From the NCBI RefSeq assembly GCF_000150275.1, contig NW_002061050.1, positions 4,488 to 12,674 of the forward strand: DNA of 8,187 nt, read 5' to 3'. Of this stretch, positions 7,058 through 8,187 are shown piece by piece. Origin of the DNA: Trichoplax adhaerens. Taxonomy: Eukaryota; Animalia; Placozoa. How positions within the stretch are numbered: position 1 is the first letter of the stretch; each line of letters starts with the position of its first letter. The notes below the pieces were generated by a model. That model ran no database searches, had not been told where the DNA came from, and saw nothing but the letters and a program-made list of their open reading frames with translations. The position numbers and the translations under genes were made by a program.

Positions 7058-8187
7058 GAGAATAATTCAAGTATAGTTTTTCTTATACTTGTATTGAATG
7101 ATTGCACCCGTTGCATCTATTGCATCTGTTGTATATGGACCGTTAATATCAATAATACAATAGTACTTTAAACATGTCTTTCTTAAATTTTTTACTTATT
7201 AAGTCGTTCTTATAAGTCATAAGTGAAATTTAATCTAATAATGATAAATGCATGTATCTGTTTATAACAGTATAAATATATTCCATGTCTTCCAGTGAAC
7301 TCTGTATACGTGTTTTATTGGTATGAATAGTAAATGTAGTAGAATTACTATGACTTACTATCGGGAGAATTGAAAGCGTTTGTATAACTTTACCTCATGA
7401 ATATGGTAGAATACGCATAAATATAATTTGATATCGTTCAGGATTAAGCGGTTAAATACTGTTAGCAACTATATAACCTAATAGTTAAAAATTACGATAG
7501 CATGTATTATAATCCTTCTGTTTTGTAGTAGATGAAATATCGCGTAAGGTCGTTGTGGTTAAACATACTCATGTCTAATAAATAATTTTAATATTAAGTT
7601 TACTATTTTCACGACTTGGAAGTACTAATTATAATTAATGTAATACTAACTCTATGGAGGAAGCTCTATTCGTGCATTGTAAATGAGCTTCTTTACAATT
7701 AGATTTTTGCAGAACATACTGCAGTAATTGCTTGATAAATATAGAAATATATACTCTATAGGATCAAAAACTGGCTATCAGTTTATTCATTCGATATAAA
7801 ACAGGAACATGCTTGCAACTACTGATCACCAACGCATACCTTAGATTGGTTAGTCTCGTTATAGAAATATCCCCTGCCTACGTGTAAAAAATATAATCAT
7901 CTATAGTTTGACTCCATTTATTACAATCATGAGAATCCAAATAGAGTCAAAAAAGCCATCGGTGACGGCGCAGTGCGTTTATCCGGTTCCAGTTGATTAG
8001 AAGTACCGAAGAGTACGTATCAACGGATTCGGGAAGTCACTATTTGCCAGAGTAAATAATTCACATGAACGAAGTAACGCAATAGCTAAGCACCGACAAA
8101 AGTATAAAGGGTCGATTGTATTTATATATTTTCTTATAACGTTAATTGCTTTAGTTATGGGATTCGCATGACGTCACAGCCGACAGT

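Overview
This is AT-rich eukaryotic DNA with short GT-AG introns and two assembly gaps (3620-4007, 5208-5413). It holds two spliced genes arranged head-to-head, which the ORF track shows only in pieces or misses. On the minus strand is the 5' part of an MRNIP (C5orf45/UPF0544) homologue: ATG at 1528, five exons visible, running off the left edge. On the plus strand is a peroxisomal acyl-CoA oxidase of the ACOX1 type (3383-6707), with the CTYEGEN catalytic motif and a C-terminal SKL (PTS1). Most visible intron positions match my recollection of human ACOX1. The compact, ancestral-looking gene structure suggests a small-genome early-branching animal such as a placozoan; that is inference only. 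The unexplained part is the 1.85 kb spacer between the genes. It contains a near-perfect 213-bp tandem repeat (about 2.2 copies) inside a long, stop-poor, intronless minus-strand reading frame that looks like a decayed gene or mobile-element relic. A dense cluster of TACTGTAC/TACTGGAC motifs, several forming inverted pairs, runs through the spacer and into both first introns. I cannot support a new biological system from this window; the spacer relic and the motif array are the best leads.
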